Positions 8,789 to 17,680 of a stretch of DNA of 64,000 bases are shown here, in pieces (position 1 is the first letter of the stretch; each line of letters starts with the position of its first letter). The translations under genes and the position numbers were made by a program. This DNA comes from a virus. Where the stretch lies: IMG/VR virus record IMGVR_UViG_3300021471_000007, positions 11,249 to 75,248 of that record, one strand, 5' to 3'. A model generated the notes under the pieces. It did not search any database and had not been told where the DNA came from. It saw only the letters and a list, made by a program, of their open reading frames with translations.

Positions 8789-8932
8789 ACGTTTTACATT
8801 AAAACTGAAAAAAGGGTTGGATTTTTCACACTTTCAAAAACGTGGAAAGTAGAAACAGATGACAAAACAGAAGCTATTTTGTTAATAAAGGAGAAAGACG
8901 ATGGAAGAATCACAGAGGTAAACAGAGAGTGA
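8789..8932 (+). CDS. hypothetical microprotein, probable ACG start
   Basis: Perfect SD GAGGTGA 4 nt before ACG; 47-codon frame; in-frame TGA just upstream; no early ATG/GTG/TTG. Confidence 0.45.
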   Translation, partial: TFYIKTEKRVGFFTLSKTWKVETDDKTEAILLIKEKDDGRITEVNRE

Positions 8933-8936
8933 TATC

Positions 8937-9371
8937 ATGAAACCAAAACCATTAGATTTAGAAGATTTAGCAAAAATAGAACATGAGCAGTGGATAGAAT
9001 GGAGCAAAGATATAGCAAAAAACGAACCTATATCAAAAGAACGAATTGAAAGGTGGAAGCAGTTTTGGATACCTTATGAAAAACTTCCAGAAAAAGTAAA
9101 AGAAGATGACAGGAAATATGCACGAAGAGTTATGGAACGCATCAAAAAAGTGTGTGAATTTTGGTTGAAATATGCTGATAGTCCAGAAAGACTACTAAAA
9201 GAAAGAGAGGATTTGATAAACAATTCAGAAGCAAGAAAAATAATATCTACTGCAATAAAAAGTAGAATAGGATTAAAAATAGATAAAAGTTTTGTGGTTA
9301 AATCAGTAAGAAATTACAACACTTGGCTATTAAAATTGGCATTTATGAACAATGGAGGTGAAACTTTTTGA
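8937..9371 (+). CDS. RyR-domain-like protein
   Basis: LAKIEHEQW...IPYEKLPEKVKEDDR pattern. Confidence 0.55.
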   Translation: MKPKPLDLEDLAKIEHEQWIEWSKDIAKNEPISKERIERWKQFWIPYEKLPEKVKEDDRKYARRVMERIKKVCEFWLKYADSPERLLKEREDLINNSEARKIISTAIKSRIGLKIDKSFVVKSVRNYNTWLLKLAFMNNGGETF

Positions 9372-9535
9372 CCAATTTTAAAGAAATAATAATAGATTTC
9401 AATGATAAAATAGCTAAGGATTTTGAGGTAAGATATAAAGGAAAGAAAATACTGGCACGTCGAGTATGTGTTTTAGTAGATTTGGATAAAATAGAATTTG
9501 TGAAAGATGAGGATCGGGACCTACAAGAGGCATGA
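9368..9535 (+). CDS. hypothetical protein (TTG start)
   Basis: SD GGAGGTGA; 55 codons. Confidence 0.5.
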   Translation: MTNFKEIIIDFNDKIAKDFEVRYKGKKILARRVCVLVDLDKIEFVKDEDRDLQEA

Positions 9536-9554
9536 ATTAAATACAGGTGATAAT

Positions 9555-9731
9555 ATGAGAAAAATATTTTGTGATATATGTGGAAAAGAAATAGAAAAAC
9601 CAGACATTACAATTAATTTAGATTTGATAAATTGGGAAGAAGATACAGAAGAAATTATTTCACAATTCGATGTGTGCGAAAACTGTACGAGAGAAGCTAT
9701 TGAAAAACTAAAGAAGTTTAACTTGAAGTGA
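9555..9731 (+). CDS. Zn-finger microprotein
   Basis: CDICG...CENC; SD AGGTGA. Confidence 0.65.
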   Translation: MRKIFCDICGKEIEKPDITINLDLINWEEDTEEIISQFDVCENCTREAIEKLKKFNLK

Positions 9732-9759
9732 TTAATGCAATTTGTTTTAAAAAATCATA

Positions 9760-9827
9760 CTCCGCTATGAAGAGGAGCTGCCTGTCCCTCGGTGTAAAGG
9801 GGAACTGGAGCGGAGCCCCAACAGGCA
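9760..9827. ncRNA. candidate pseudoknotted small RNA
   Basis: Crossing 7-bp helices CTCCGCT/AGCGGAG and TGCCTGT/ACAGGCA plus hairpin CCCT/AGGG; intergenic GC island. Confidence 0.4.
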
Positions 9828-9849
9828 CAAATTAAAATGAGTCGATTAA

Positions 9850-10026
9850 ATGAATAAAAAAGAAGTAAAAGAGTTTATAGAAAACAAATTAAAAGTAAAA
9901 GATGAGGTTTGGTTTAGTGAATTGGTGGATAAGTTTTGTAAATCAAAAGTGTTTGAATTTTTTAATGATATGGGAAAACTAAAACAAATTGTAAATCAGC
10001 TTCAAAAAGAAAAGGTGATTATATGA
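9850..10026 (+). CDS. hypothetical small protein, possibly wHTH-like
   Basis: Translated from sequence; coupled to next ORF. Confidence 0.45.
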   Translation: MNKKEVKEFIENKLKVKDEVWFSELVDKFCKSKVFEFFNDMGKLKQIVNQLQKEKVII

Positions 10027-10166
10027 CTATGGAAGCAGACATAAAAGATGATTTGTATTGTTCAAGGTGTATGCACCATATAGGCTACAGGAACTGGAAT
10101 GGATACGAATACACCTGTCCAAATTGCGGTGGTGTTTTAGATGGAGAGGAATATTTACAAGATTAA
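10023..10166 (+). CDS. Zn-ribbon microprotein
   Basis: YCSRC...YTCPNCG; SD AGGTGA. Confidence 0.6.
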   Translation: MTMEADIKDDLYCSRCMHHIGYRNWNGYEYTCPNCGGVLDGEEYLQD

Positions 10167-10332
10167 AATAAAGCGAAATTCTACAAAACATAAGACAGAC
10201 AATGGTGTAGAATTTGAAGTAACAAACTATCATGTTGTAACAATTGATGATGGTTATATTAAAATGTCGAAGCGTATAGATAATAAAAACGAACTAATGA
10301 AGTTTTTAAGAGATAATATATTGTTGATGTGA
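10141..10332 (+). CDS. hypothetical protein
   Basis: ORF track; SD GGTGGTG. Confidence 0.5.
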   Translation: MERNIYKIKIKRNSTKHKTDNGVEFEVTNYHVVTIDDGYIKMSKRIDNKNELMKFLRDNILLM

Positions 10333-10336
10333 TCAA

Positions 10337-10429
10337 ATGACTGTAGAACCAATAGCAATAGTAATCATAGGTTGTATGATAATAGCTCTAACGTTTATAA
10401 TAGCACTAATATATGGAGAGTGCTGCTGA
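10337..10429 (+). CDS. single-TM micropeptide
   Basis: MTVEPIAIVIIGCMIIALTFIIALIYGECC. Confidence 0.45.
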   Translation: MTVEPIAIVIIGCMIIALTFIIALIYGECC

Positions 10430-10438
10430 GGTGGTTGT

Positions 10439-10609
10439 GTGGTAGTAGAATTAAAAGCAGAAAACATATCGAAAATTATAGTTACATTGCCTGTATCTAT
10501 AGTGATTGGAAATGAACGAATAACTGGTTTCCTTAATGGAACACTTGATGCAGATGATGTGACAACTGTTATTACAAACAAAAAAGAAAAAGTAAAAATT
10601 GAGGAATGA
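10439..10609 (+). CDS. hypothetical protein (GTG start)
   Basis: SD GAGGTGG. Confidence 0.5.
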   Translation: MVVELKAENISKIIVTLPVSIVIGNERITGFLNGTLDADDVTTVITNKKEKVKIEE

Positions 10610-10613
10610 TTGA

Positions 10614-10742
10614 ATGCAATGTCCATACTGTCATAATGAAATATCCGATGGACTCACGGTTTGCCCATTTTGCAACAGAGACATCAATGAAAATGCGATT
10701 GCAGCTGTTAATATGATGGGATTTTTAAAAATGTTTGGATGA
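10614..10742 (+). CDS. Zn-ribbon microprotein
   Basis: MQCPYC...VCPFC. Confidence 0.6.
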   Translation: MQCPYCHNEISDGLTVCPFCNRDINENAIAAVNMMGFLKMFG

Positions 10743-10746
10743 TATT

Positions 10747-10962
10747 ATGAAATGGAAAAAAAGACGAAGTAGTCTTATAGTGACAAAAATGACATGCCCT
10801 AAATGTGGACATAAAAAGGCATGGTTAAAAGGAAACAAGCTTATATGCACCGCATGTAAATATGAATATGAGTTGAAAGAAGATGATAACATACAACGAT
10901 CTGAAACTATTACAGAAAATGAAAGGCAAGACAAAAACACGAATACAGATAAAGACAATTGA
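10747..10962 (+). CDS. Zn-ribbon protein
   Basis: CPKCGH...CTACKY. Confidence 0.6.
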   Translation: MKWKKRRSSLIVTKMTCPKCGHKKAWLKGNKLICTACKYEYELKEDDNIQRSETITENERQDKNTNTDKDN

Positions 10963-11212
10963 TGGGAATGTATATCGTGGAAGATGGAACTTTAATAAAG
11001 AAAAGATTTGGGTTTATGATCATTATTCGGGTACAGAAAAAACACCGGGTAAGCTCAAATTTAAAATAGAATTTGAATTGCCAACAAATGACATTGTTGA
11101 AATAGATTATATTAAAAAACGCATAGTATGTCCACGGTGTTATTATATAAATGAATATAAGACAAAAAGACCAAAATATTGTAAGAATTGTGGATATGTA
11201 CTGGTTGTTTAA
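10883..11212 (+). CDS. Sm/SH3-like domain plus C-terminal Zn ribbon
   Basis: IQIKTIDGNVYRG; CPRC...CKNCG. Confidence 0.5.
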   Translation: MITYNDLKLLQKMKGKTKTRIQIKTIDGNVYRGRWNFNKEKIWVYDHYSGTEKTPGKLKFKIEFELPTNDIVEIDYIKKRIVCPRCYYINEYKTKRPKYCKNCGYVLVV

Positions 11213-11236
11213 TAATAAAATAAAAGAGGTGAGAAA

Positions 11237-11545
11237 ATGAAAGGTATTGCAAGAAACTTTAGTCCAAATAACAAAGGCATTAAAATTGAAGTAGATGGAA
11301 AAGAAGAGTGGTTTACAGTAAAAGATACAGTATACGAAAACTTTGTGCAGGGCAAAATAAACAAAGGAGACACCATATTGTTCTCTCTTGTTGATGATAA
11401 AGTCTCTTATATAAAGACTCTTAAAGCAGGTGAAAGTACAGACAGTAAAGAAGAACCAAAAGCTCAAAGTGGCAATGAATTAATGGAAGCGATTGACAAA
11501 TTAGATAAAAAAATAGACACTATAATAAACATGCTGGGGGCATAA
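11237..11545 (+). CDS. putative OB-fold ssDNA-binding protein
   Basis: Beta-rich N-domain (GIKIEVDGKEEWF...INKGDTI), acidic linker, helical tail; in the replication cluster. Confidence 0.45.
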   Translation: MKGIARNFSPNNKGIKIEVDGKEEWFTVKDTVYENFVQGKINKGDTILFSLVDDKVSYIKTLKAGESTDSKEEPKAQSGNELMEAIDKLDKKIDTIINMLGA

Positions 11546-11547
11546 AT

Positions 11548-11856
11548 ATGTCCTCACGCTCTACTTGGAAAAGACATGAAAGAATTACAGCTAAATTATT
11601 CAATACTGAAAGGAATCCACTATCAGGATCCGCTGGTAAACATACATCTAGTGATACACTACATCCTGATTTTTATATAGAATGTAAATATAAAAGTTCA
11701 GGGTTTACTTTAATAAAAAATTACTTTATGGATGTTGTTGAAAAAGCAAAAAAAGAAAATAAAATACCAATATTGTCTTTGAAAGAGGGTAAAAAGAAGG
11801 GGTTTTATTTAGTTATACGAGCACAAGATTTAAAAAAAATATGTAAACATGTGTGA
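11548..11856 (+). CDS. Holliday junction resolvase (Hjc-like PD-(D/E)XK)
   Basis: WKRHER, RNPLSGS, SD, YIECK. Confidence 0.75.
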   Translation: MSSRSTWKRHERITAKLFNTERNPLSGSAGKHTSSDTLHPDFYIECKYKSSGFTLIKNYFMDVVEKAKKENKIPILSLKEGKKKGFYLVIRAQDLKKICKHV

Positions 11857-12011
11857 TGACAATGGAAGAATCATTTAGTAGTTATGAAAAGAAATGTAAA
11901 TATCATAAGCAGTCCGCAAAAACTAAGAAATGTTATTGTTCATATAATGAGAAATCATATACGTGTAACAAATCAAATTGTCCGTTTTATAATGGTAGGC
12001 GAAGGAGATAA
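11856..12011 (+). CDS. Cys-rich microprotein
   Basis: CKYH...CYC...C...NCPF; coupled on both sides. Confidence 0.5.
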   Translation: MTMEESFSSYEKKCKYHKQSAKTKKCYCSYNEKSYTCNKSNCPFYNGRRRR

Positions 12012-12013
12012 TT

Positions 12014-13735
12014 ATGGATGAAAGGGAATTTAAATTATTGGCTGAAATGTCAGACGAAGAAGAAAAGGCAGCATTACAATTGATAAACGATTTAGGTACA
12101 GCTACGAAAGAACAAATTGCAAAGTATGTGTCTCCTGCACACTTCTCTGATTTTTTAATAAAATACAAGGATTTGATAGGAAACATAAGGGGCGATGAAT
12201 GGTTTTTGAATGCGGATGGAAAAAACTTTGTGTCTTATATAAATAATATCGATAACGAGGTATTGAGAGACTATTCTGAATATGATGACGAAGCTGAAAA
12301 ACATTTGGAAGACGATCCGCTTGTGTTCTTTTTACAAGTAATGAACAAAATGTTTAAGGGAAGCGATAAACAAAAGATATTACAATTTGCATCAGCACTG
12401 TCTGCTCCACTTGGGACTAGACCATTAAACGATTGGGGAGTAGGAAGATCTGGTGTAGGAAAATCAGCAATAAAAAGAAGAACATTAACTTGCATACCAA
12501 ATAACATGTGGATAAAGTTTAATTCGATGTCTGACAAAAGAATCTTTTATACTGTATTAAAAAACGGTTCTGATTATTATAAAGGCAAGACGCTGTTCTT
12601 TGATGAGGTTGACATTGGAACAGAACAACTTACATTATTAAGAGCATTGACAGATCCAGACATGAGTGAAAAATATATTGTACACCAAACCCTTGATATG
12701 CAAAGCAAAGAAAAAATATTGGATCTAAAGATAGAAAAACCAATAACAGTGTGGTTTACAAGTGTAGAAGCTGTTAAAGATGATCAATTAAAGAACAGGT
12801 TCTTATTATCAAATCCGCAGGAAGATGAAAGTATAGACAGGATGGTTTTTGAACATCAAATGTATTATGAACAGAGAGGAATTGATCCAGATAAGGTAAA
12901 TGCTCCTGAAGCAGATATTGTTAGGAGAATGGTAATTAAGATTGTTGAAAATACAAAGAATTTATTAACTCTGCATCCTTATGATGTTGAATGGGTAAAA
13001 ATAACAAATCGTAGATTACTCCCATTCTTTATGACGTTGGTTGGTATAATTACTAGGATATATTATAAAAAAAGGAAGATATTAAAAAACAAATACATAG
13101 TATCGACAATTGACGATTTAAAAATAGCGGCTGCAATATGGGAGGAAATTGCAGGAACAACAGTATACCAAGTCAGCGAAGCAGCACTAAAACTACTTCC
13201 ACATATTCCAGATGAGCCTGAAAATGCAATAACAAGATCAGAATTAATGAGCAAATTAAAAGGACTCGGAAGATATGCAATAAGATACAGAACTGACAAC
13301 CTCGCTGATGCTGGTTTGATCAATTCAAAAAAGATAAAAAACACGTGGGTATATTGGAAGACAGATGAAGGAAAAGCTATCAATAGTGACAATTCATTGA
13401 AACATAGTGTTAATGAAGAGAATGTGAAAGCAATAATAGGTAATCTTTCAGATGAGCCAATAGACAAAATGATAGAATACATAAAAAGAAGCAATACTAA
13501 GCTGTTAGATTTGTTATCCAAGCCCTTAGAAGAGAGATACGACCATAATCATAGAATTAACATGAGTGCTATAGATAAAATTGTAAATGATGTACGTATA
13601 AAGACAGTTGATGAATATTCATCTTATTGTGATGGCCATCATGGATATGGGATAATAAAATATGAAGTAACAGATAAAAATGGTAATATAATGAGATATT
13701 GTAGAAAATGTGGTGAGAAATTTGAAAACGCATAA
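12014..13735 (+). CDS. MCM-like AAA+ replicative helicase with wHTH domains and C-terminal Zn finger
   Basis: Walker A GRSGVGKS, Walker B LFFDE, Arg finger LKNRF, NRR sensor, C-terminal wHTH and CRKCG. Confidence 0.7.
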   Translation: MDEREFKLLAEMSDEEEKAALQLINDLGTATKEQIAKYVSPAHFSDFLIKYKDLIGNIRGDEWFLNADGKNFVSYINNIDNEVLRDYSEYDDEAEKHLEDDPLVFFLQVMNKMFKGSDKQKILQFASALSAPLGTRPLNDWGVGRSGVGKSAIKRRTLTCIPNNMWIKFNSMSDKRIFYTVLKNGSDYYKGKTLFFDEVDIGTEQLTLLRALTDPDMSEKYIVHQTLDMQSKEKILDLKIEKPITVWFTSVEAVKDDQLKNRFLLSNPQEDESIDRMVFEHQMYYEQRGIDPDKVNAPEADIVRRMVIKIVENTKNLLTLHPYDVEWVKITNRRLLPFFMTLVGIITRIYYKKRKILKNKYIVSTIDDLKIAAAIWEEIAGTTVYQVSEAALKLLPHIPDEPENAITRSELMSKLKGLGRYAIRYRTDNLADAGLINSKKIKNTWVYWKTDEGKAINSDNSLKHSVNEENVKAIIGNLSDEPIDKMIEYIKRSNTKLLDLLSKPLEERYDHNHRINMSAIDKIVNDVRIKTVDEYSSYCDGHHGYGIIKYEVTDKNGNIMRYCRKCGEKFENA

Positions 13736-14513
13736 AATATATATTGGAGATTCAAGAAAAGTATTAACAAAGTTTGATTCAAACAGTATCAACTTTGTTG
13801 TAACATCACCACCATATTTTGTTGGTAAGCAATATGGTGAATCATATGAAGATGCAGGAGAATATATAGATTATATTAAAATGTTAACTGTCGTGTTCAA
13901 AGAGTGCTATCGCGTATTAACTGAACATTCGTTTATATGTGTTAACATTGGTAGAAATACCGGAGTGAACACGGTTGCACACATATCACATATATTGGAA
14001 AACATAGGCTTTAAATATGTGCATAATATACAATGGAAAAAACCTTATGGAGCAGGTATTGTAACATTCTTCCACAAATATCCATATGCGAGATATTATA
14101 TGCCTGTTCTTGTAACCGAAGACATATTAGTATATTCAAAGGGTGAAATTAATGGATACAGGGGAGAAAGAAAAACAATAGTACCAGACGACATTGTAAA
14201 TAAATATGATACAAACGTTTGGGAAATAAATCCAAAAACCAATTCAAAACATCCAGCACCATTTCCTTTGCAGCTTCCGTTAAATTGTATTTATTTATAT
14301 ACCAATAAGGATGATATTGTACTAGATCCATTTCTGGGAAGTGGTACAACAATTAAAGCCGCATCAATAGCAGGGAGGAACTCGATTGGAATAGAAATAA
14401 ACAAAGATTACATTCCAATGATAAAGAGCTATATTGGATACGGCCAACAAAAAATTGGAGAACAAGTAAAATATGAAATAATAGAGGGTGATATAGATGG
14501 AGAGAGAGCGTGA
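13722..14513 (+). CDS. beta-class DNA methyltransferase (N4-C/N6-A)
   Basis: TSPPY before DPFLGSGTT; HPAPFP; TTG start after SD GGTGAG (track start 13710). Confidence 0.9.
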   Translation: MKTHKIYIGDSRKVLTKFDSNSINFVVTSPPYFVGKQYGESYEDAGEYIDYIKMLTVVFKECYRVLTEHSFICVNIGRNTGVNTVAHISHILENIGFKYVHNIQWKKPYGAGIVTFFHKYPYARYYMPVLVTEDILVYSKGEINGYRGERKTIVPDDIVNKYDTNVWEINPKTNSKHPAPFPLQLPLNCIYLYTNKDDIVLDPFLGSGTTIKAASIAGRNSIGIEINKDYIPMIKSYIGYGQQKIGEQVKYEIIEGDIDGERA

Positions 14514-14727
14514 TGAAGAGATTCTCAATTTCATAAAAAAGAAAGGAAAAACATGTGTGAGAGAAATATCTGATGCACTAAACATACCAACAACGATAGT
14601 ATCTATTAGATTAAGATCATTAAACAAATGGGGCAATGTTGGATTTGAAACCAACCCAGATCCACATAAAGGAGATATAATGTCGCGTGCATACAAATGG
14701 TGGTATATTAAAGAGGTGAATAAATGA
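14497..14727 (+). CDS. winged-helix DNA-binding protein
   Basis: EILNFIKKKGKTCVREISDALNIPTTIVSIRLRSL. Confidence 0.75.
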   Translation: MERERDEEILNFIKKKGKTCVREISDALNIPTTIVSIRLRSLNKWGNVGFETNPDPHKGDIMSRAYKWWYIKEVNK

Positions 14728-15416
14728 AATTTTCAAATATAGTAAACGATTTCGTTAATACGACAAAAGAAGAACGAAAACCGAACACAATATTCTGTTC
14801 AGAGCTAGGTATGTGTATGCGGAGAATATTTTTTAATATAAAAGAACCTGTCGAGTTTCCTCCAGAAACATTGAAAGTATTCTTATTAGGAAACATGATG
14901 CATGATAAGATGAGTGAAATATTGTCCCTTAGTGACAAAATAGAAGAAGTACAAAGCGAGATACCAGCAACAATTTATGTGCCTGGCATAGGCTTAAGAT
15001 TATCTGGAAGATGTGATGATATTATAACAGTCGATGGTAAAAAATATATAGTAGAAAAAAAATCATGTTCGTCTTTATCATATTATAGAGAACAAAACAA
15101 ACCGTCAGAACATCATAAACTTCAGATTATGGCATACATGGCAGCATTTGGAATACACCAGGGGTTTTTGTTATATATGAATAAAAAGAATTTTGATACA
15201 GAAAGTTTTGAAATTGAGTTTGATCAAAAAACATTCGACAAAGAACTTGATAGAGTCAAAGACATAATGGTTTTTGTTAATAATAACATAATACCTAAAG
15301 CAGAGGCGAAATTCAATAAGGAATTAAAGTGGCAATGCCAGTTTTGTCCATATAAAGAGAGATGTGATAAAATTGGTGTGGAAGAAAGGAACTATATGGA
15401 AGAACAAAGCGATTGA
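14724..15416 (+). CDS. Cas4-like PD-(D/E)XK exonuclease with Fe-S cluster ligands
   Basis: C..R, G...H, GRCD, EKK, QIMAY, CQFCPYKERC. Confidence 0.85.
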   Translation: MKFSNIVNDFVNTTKEERKPNTIFCSELGMCMRRIFFNIKEPVEFPPETLKVFLLGNMMHDKMSEILSLSDKIEEVQSEIPATIYVPGIGLRLSGRCDDIITVDGKKYIVEKKSCSSLSYYREQNKPSEHHKLQIMAYMAAFGIHQGFLLYMNKKNFDTESFEIEFDQKTFDKELDRVKDIMVFVNNNIIPKAEAKFNKELKWQCQFCPYKERCDKIGVEERNYMEEQSD

Positions 15417-15455
15417 TTTATATATCAATTACTATAATATATATATGCGAGTTAA

Positions 15456-15725
15456 ATGAAATCTAATAAAAAGCTTGGTGAGATTTGCATGGAAATATAT
15501 AGGGAAATGTATAAACAAGCAGATCCACCAGCGGATTTTGACAAATTAATTAAAAGCGGTGAAACCAAAAATAGACAATGGTTTATGAACTATTATTTAC
15601 CAATGGAAAAACAAGAAGAGATTACAGCAAATATATGCAAAAAACACAAGCTTACTAAACAGGAAATAATGCGTGTATATTATACCGTATTCCTGGGTGC
15701 TTCACCGACTTCAGTTAAGGGGTAA
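15456..15725 (+). CDS. hypothetical phage protein
   Basis: ORF after TATA-like TTTATATA near 15417. Confidence 0.6.
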   Translation: MKSNKKLGEICMEIYREMYKQADPPADFDKLIKSGETKNRQWFMNYYLPMEKQEEITANICKKHKLTKQEIMRVYYTVFLGASPTSVKG

Positions 15726-15729
15726 TTAT

Positions 15730-15993
15730 ATGTTAGATAACCTTATTAATATACTCATCGGTATGTTTGGTATAATATTGATGAATGGATCTGCACTACC
15801 ACAAATCTATAAAACATTTAAAACCAAGAGTGTGGGCGACTTAACTTTAGCAAGAGAGGCCATGTTATTAATTGGAGTACTTTTTTATTGGACTTATGGC
15901 TTTCTACGCAAAGACATAGTAATACTCGTATCAAATACATGGGCTGCTATTATGTTCATTACAATGATAATAATGTATTTGAAATATAAGTGA
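15730..15993 (+). CDS. SemiSWEET / PQ-loop 3-TM membrane protein
   Basis: LPQIYKTFKTKSVGDL, WTYG, SN; three hydrophobic helices. Confidence 0.8.
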   Translation: MLDNLINILIGMFGIILMNGSALPQIYKTFKTKSVGDLTLAREAMLLIGVLFYWTYGFLRKDIVILVSNTWAAIMFITMIIMYLKYK

Positions 15994-15998
15994 TATGC

Positions 15999-16208
15999 AT
16001 GGTTTATGTGTTATCAGAAAAACAAAAAAAGGAGTTAATAAAGCTTATAGGCGAATGTGAAGATTGTGGTTCAAAAGAGAATTTACAATTACATAGAATA
16101 AATAGAGGATATCAAGGAGGTAAATACACATTAAGAAATGTTAAAGTATTATGTGCTCGTTGCCATAGACTTTATCATTATAATGAATCTGGTATAAGAA
16201 ATAAATGA
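15999..16208 (+). CDS. HNH endonuclease
   Basis: CEDCG...LHRI...GG....NVKVLCARCHRLYH. Confidence 0.85.
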   Translation: MVYVLSEKQKKELIKLIGECEDCGSKENLQLHRINRGYQGGKYTLRNVKVLCARCHRLYHYNESGIRNK

Positions 16209-16217
16209 GGTAATAAA

Positions 16218-16451
16218 ATGACAGAACTGTGCTCAAATTGCAAATACAATAAAAAATGTCCATTTACAATGACTAGAATTACAATGACAAAAGAAGGTAT
16301 CGAATTCATAAAAGATACAGTAGGATTAAATGAAAATGATCTAAGTAGGATGGTAGCAGAAGAATTCGATAAAAATAAATTATCATTTATACATAAGCAT
16401 TTTGTTCCGTTGTTTAAAAAAGTCATGTGTAAAGGAGGTAATGCAAAATGA
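16218..16451 (+). CDS. Cys-containing hypothetical protein
   Basis: CSNCKYNKKCP; SD GAGGT. Confidence 0.55.
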   Translation: MTELCSNCKYNKKCPFTMTRITMTKEGIEFIKDTVGLNENDLSRMVAEEFDKNKLSFIHKHFVPLFKKVMCKGGNAK

Positions 16452-17059
16452 AGATAATGTTGGCAATGCCAATTGGTGAAAGCAAATTAGAAGAACAGAC
16501 ATATGATGGATATGGTCTGGATAAGATTGAAAAAAACATATTATCTATTAAGGGATTGGATCCAAAAGACGTTTATATATTTTCCGATAGACCAATTAGA
16601 ACACGATTTAATAATCAAATCATAAATCAGGAATATTTAAAAAAACTCAATACGCCATTTATGGTAAAATGTGACAATCCAATATTAATGAATATTACTC
16701 TCGCAAGAGAAGCGGCACGAGAATTCTTTTTGAAATCTGATTATGATGCAATATTATTTTTGGATTCTGATATTGAAGTACAGCCGGATATCTTAATAAA
16801 ATTGAAAGCTGCTGTTGAAGATGATGCCGGAACTTTAATAGCATCCAATTTATATCCACCAGATTATTCAACCAAGCAATTAGGATGCTCCTTAATACTA
16901 AGAGAAGCTCTAGAATATATTAATTTCGTGGCATATTCAAAAGACACAAATACTGTAGGGGAGGATTGGCATTTTATACGAATGGCAGAATTATTGGGAA
17001 TACCAATTAGATTGGAACGTTTCTCTGATGTAAAACACCACAGCTGGGCATACAAATAG
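16448..17059 (+). CDS. GT-A fold glycosyltransferase
   Basis: AREAAR..FL..DYDAILFLDSDI, LGCSLI, GEDWHF, VKH. Confidence 0.75.
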   Translation: MKIMLAMPIGESKLEEQTYDGYGLDKIEKNILSIKGLDPKDVYIFSDRPIRTRFNNQIINQEYLKKLNTPFMVKCDNPILMNITLAREAAREFFLKSDYDAILFLDSDIEVQPDILIKLKAAVEDDAGTLIASNLYPPDYSTKQLGCSLILREALEYINFVAYSKDTNTVGEDWHFIRMAELLGIPIRLERFSDVKHHSWAYK

Positions 17060-17067
17060 GAGATTTT

Positions 17068-17331
17068 ATGGAAGAATGTGAAATATGCAATCTATACGAT
17101 AATGCAAAAATAATATGGGAAGATGATATCTGTTGGATTGGTTTAATAGAAGAAAGCGAATATCCAATTGTAGCACTTACACATCATTATGAAGATTGCA
17201 CAACAGAAGAATGGAATCACATTTGGTATCTAGTTAATCTGTTTTTTAAAAAAGATAACAGAATAATATCGTATTCTGGACACGGCTATAAACACTGGTT
17301 TATAAATATAATAATAGAAGAAGAATATTAA
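17068..17331 (+). CDS. HIT-like protein, degenerate
   Basis: CEIC..IIWEDD...PIVALTHH...KHW; histidine triad incomplete. Confidence 0.45.
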   Translation: MEECEICNLYDNAKIIWEDDICWIGLIEESEYPIVALTHHYEDCTTEEWNHIWYLVNLFFKKDNRIISYSGHGYKHWFINIIIEEEY

Positions 17332-17648
17332 GGGCAATATCTTGATATGCATAATGCACTTTTTTCTTCAGTATAATAACAAAACTTGCCGTCTTTCATA
17401 TCCACTTCTCTGTTTTCTCCATAAACCGCATCTACAACATCACACATATTAACCGTTGTTGTCGTTGTTGCTGTAGTTGTTATAGAATTCACGCGTGTTT
17501 TTATTTTTTGTTGTAATTTAAGGCGTCTTTCTTCCCCTAAAGTTCTTGTTTCTTCCATGAAAGAATTGTATCTCTCTATAGATAAATATGCTAGAAAGCC
17601 AGCTATTAACAAAAATATTATTAATGTTGCTGCCCATCGTAATTTCAT
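17328..17648 (-). CDS. membrane-anchored protein with Thr-rich linker and Cys-rich C-domain
   Basis: N-terminal TM, TTTATTTTT, four Cys; SD AGGAGG. Confidence 0.65.
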   Translation of the reverse strand: MKLRWAATLIIFLLIAGFLAYLSIERYNSFMEETRTLGEERRLKLQQKIKTRVNSITTTATTTTTVNMCDVVDAVYGENREVDMKDGKFCYYTEEKSALCISRYCP

Positions 17649-17680
17649 TTCATCATCCTCCTATAAATTTATGTTTACAA

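Noticed and set aside
9779-9827. tRNA gene
   Set aside because: Too short; no anticodon arm or TTCGA T-loop
9735-9835. Slippery T TTA AAA before the pseudoknot as a -1 frameshift signal
   Set aside because: The upstream ORF is 11 codons and the -1 frame ends soon after; no plausible product
10337-10609. In-frame TGA in ...ECC*GGC..., suggesting selenocysteine or readthrough
   Set aside because: The TGA is part of the SD (GAGGTGG) for a GTG start at 10439; no SECIS recognised; two ordinary genes explain it
14724-15416. Cas4 as evidence of a CRISPR-Cas system
   Set aside because: No cas1/cas2 or repeat-spacer array seen; solo Cas4-like nucleases are common in archaeal viruses
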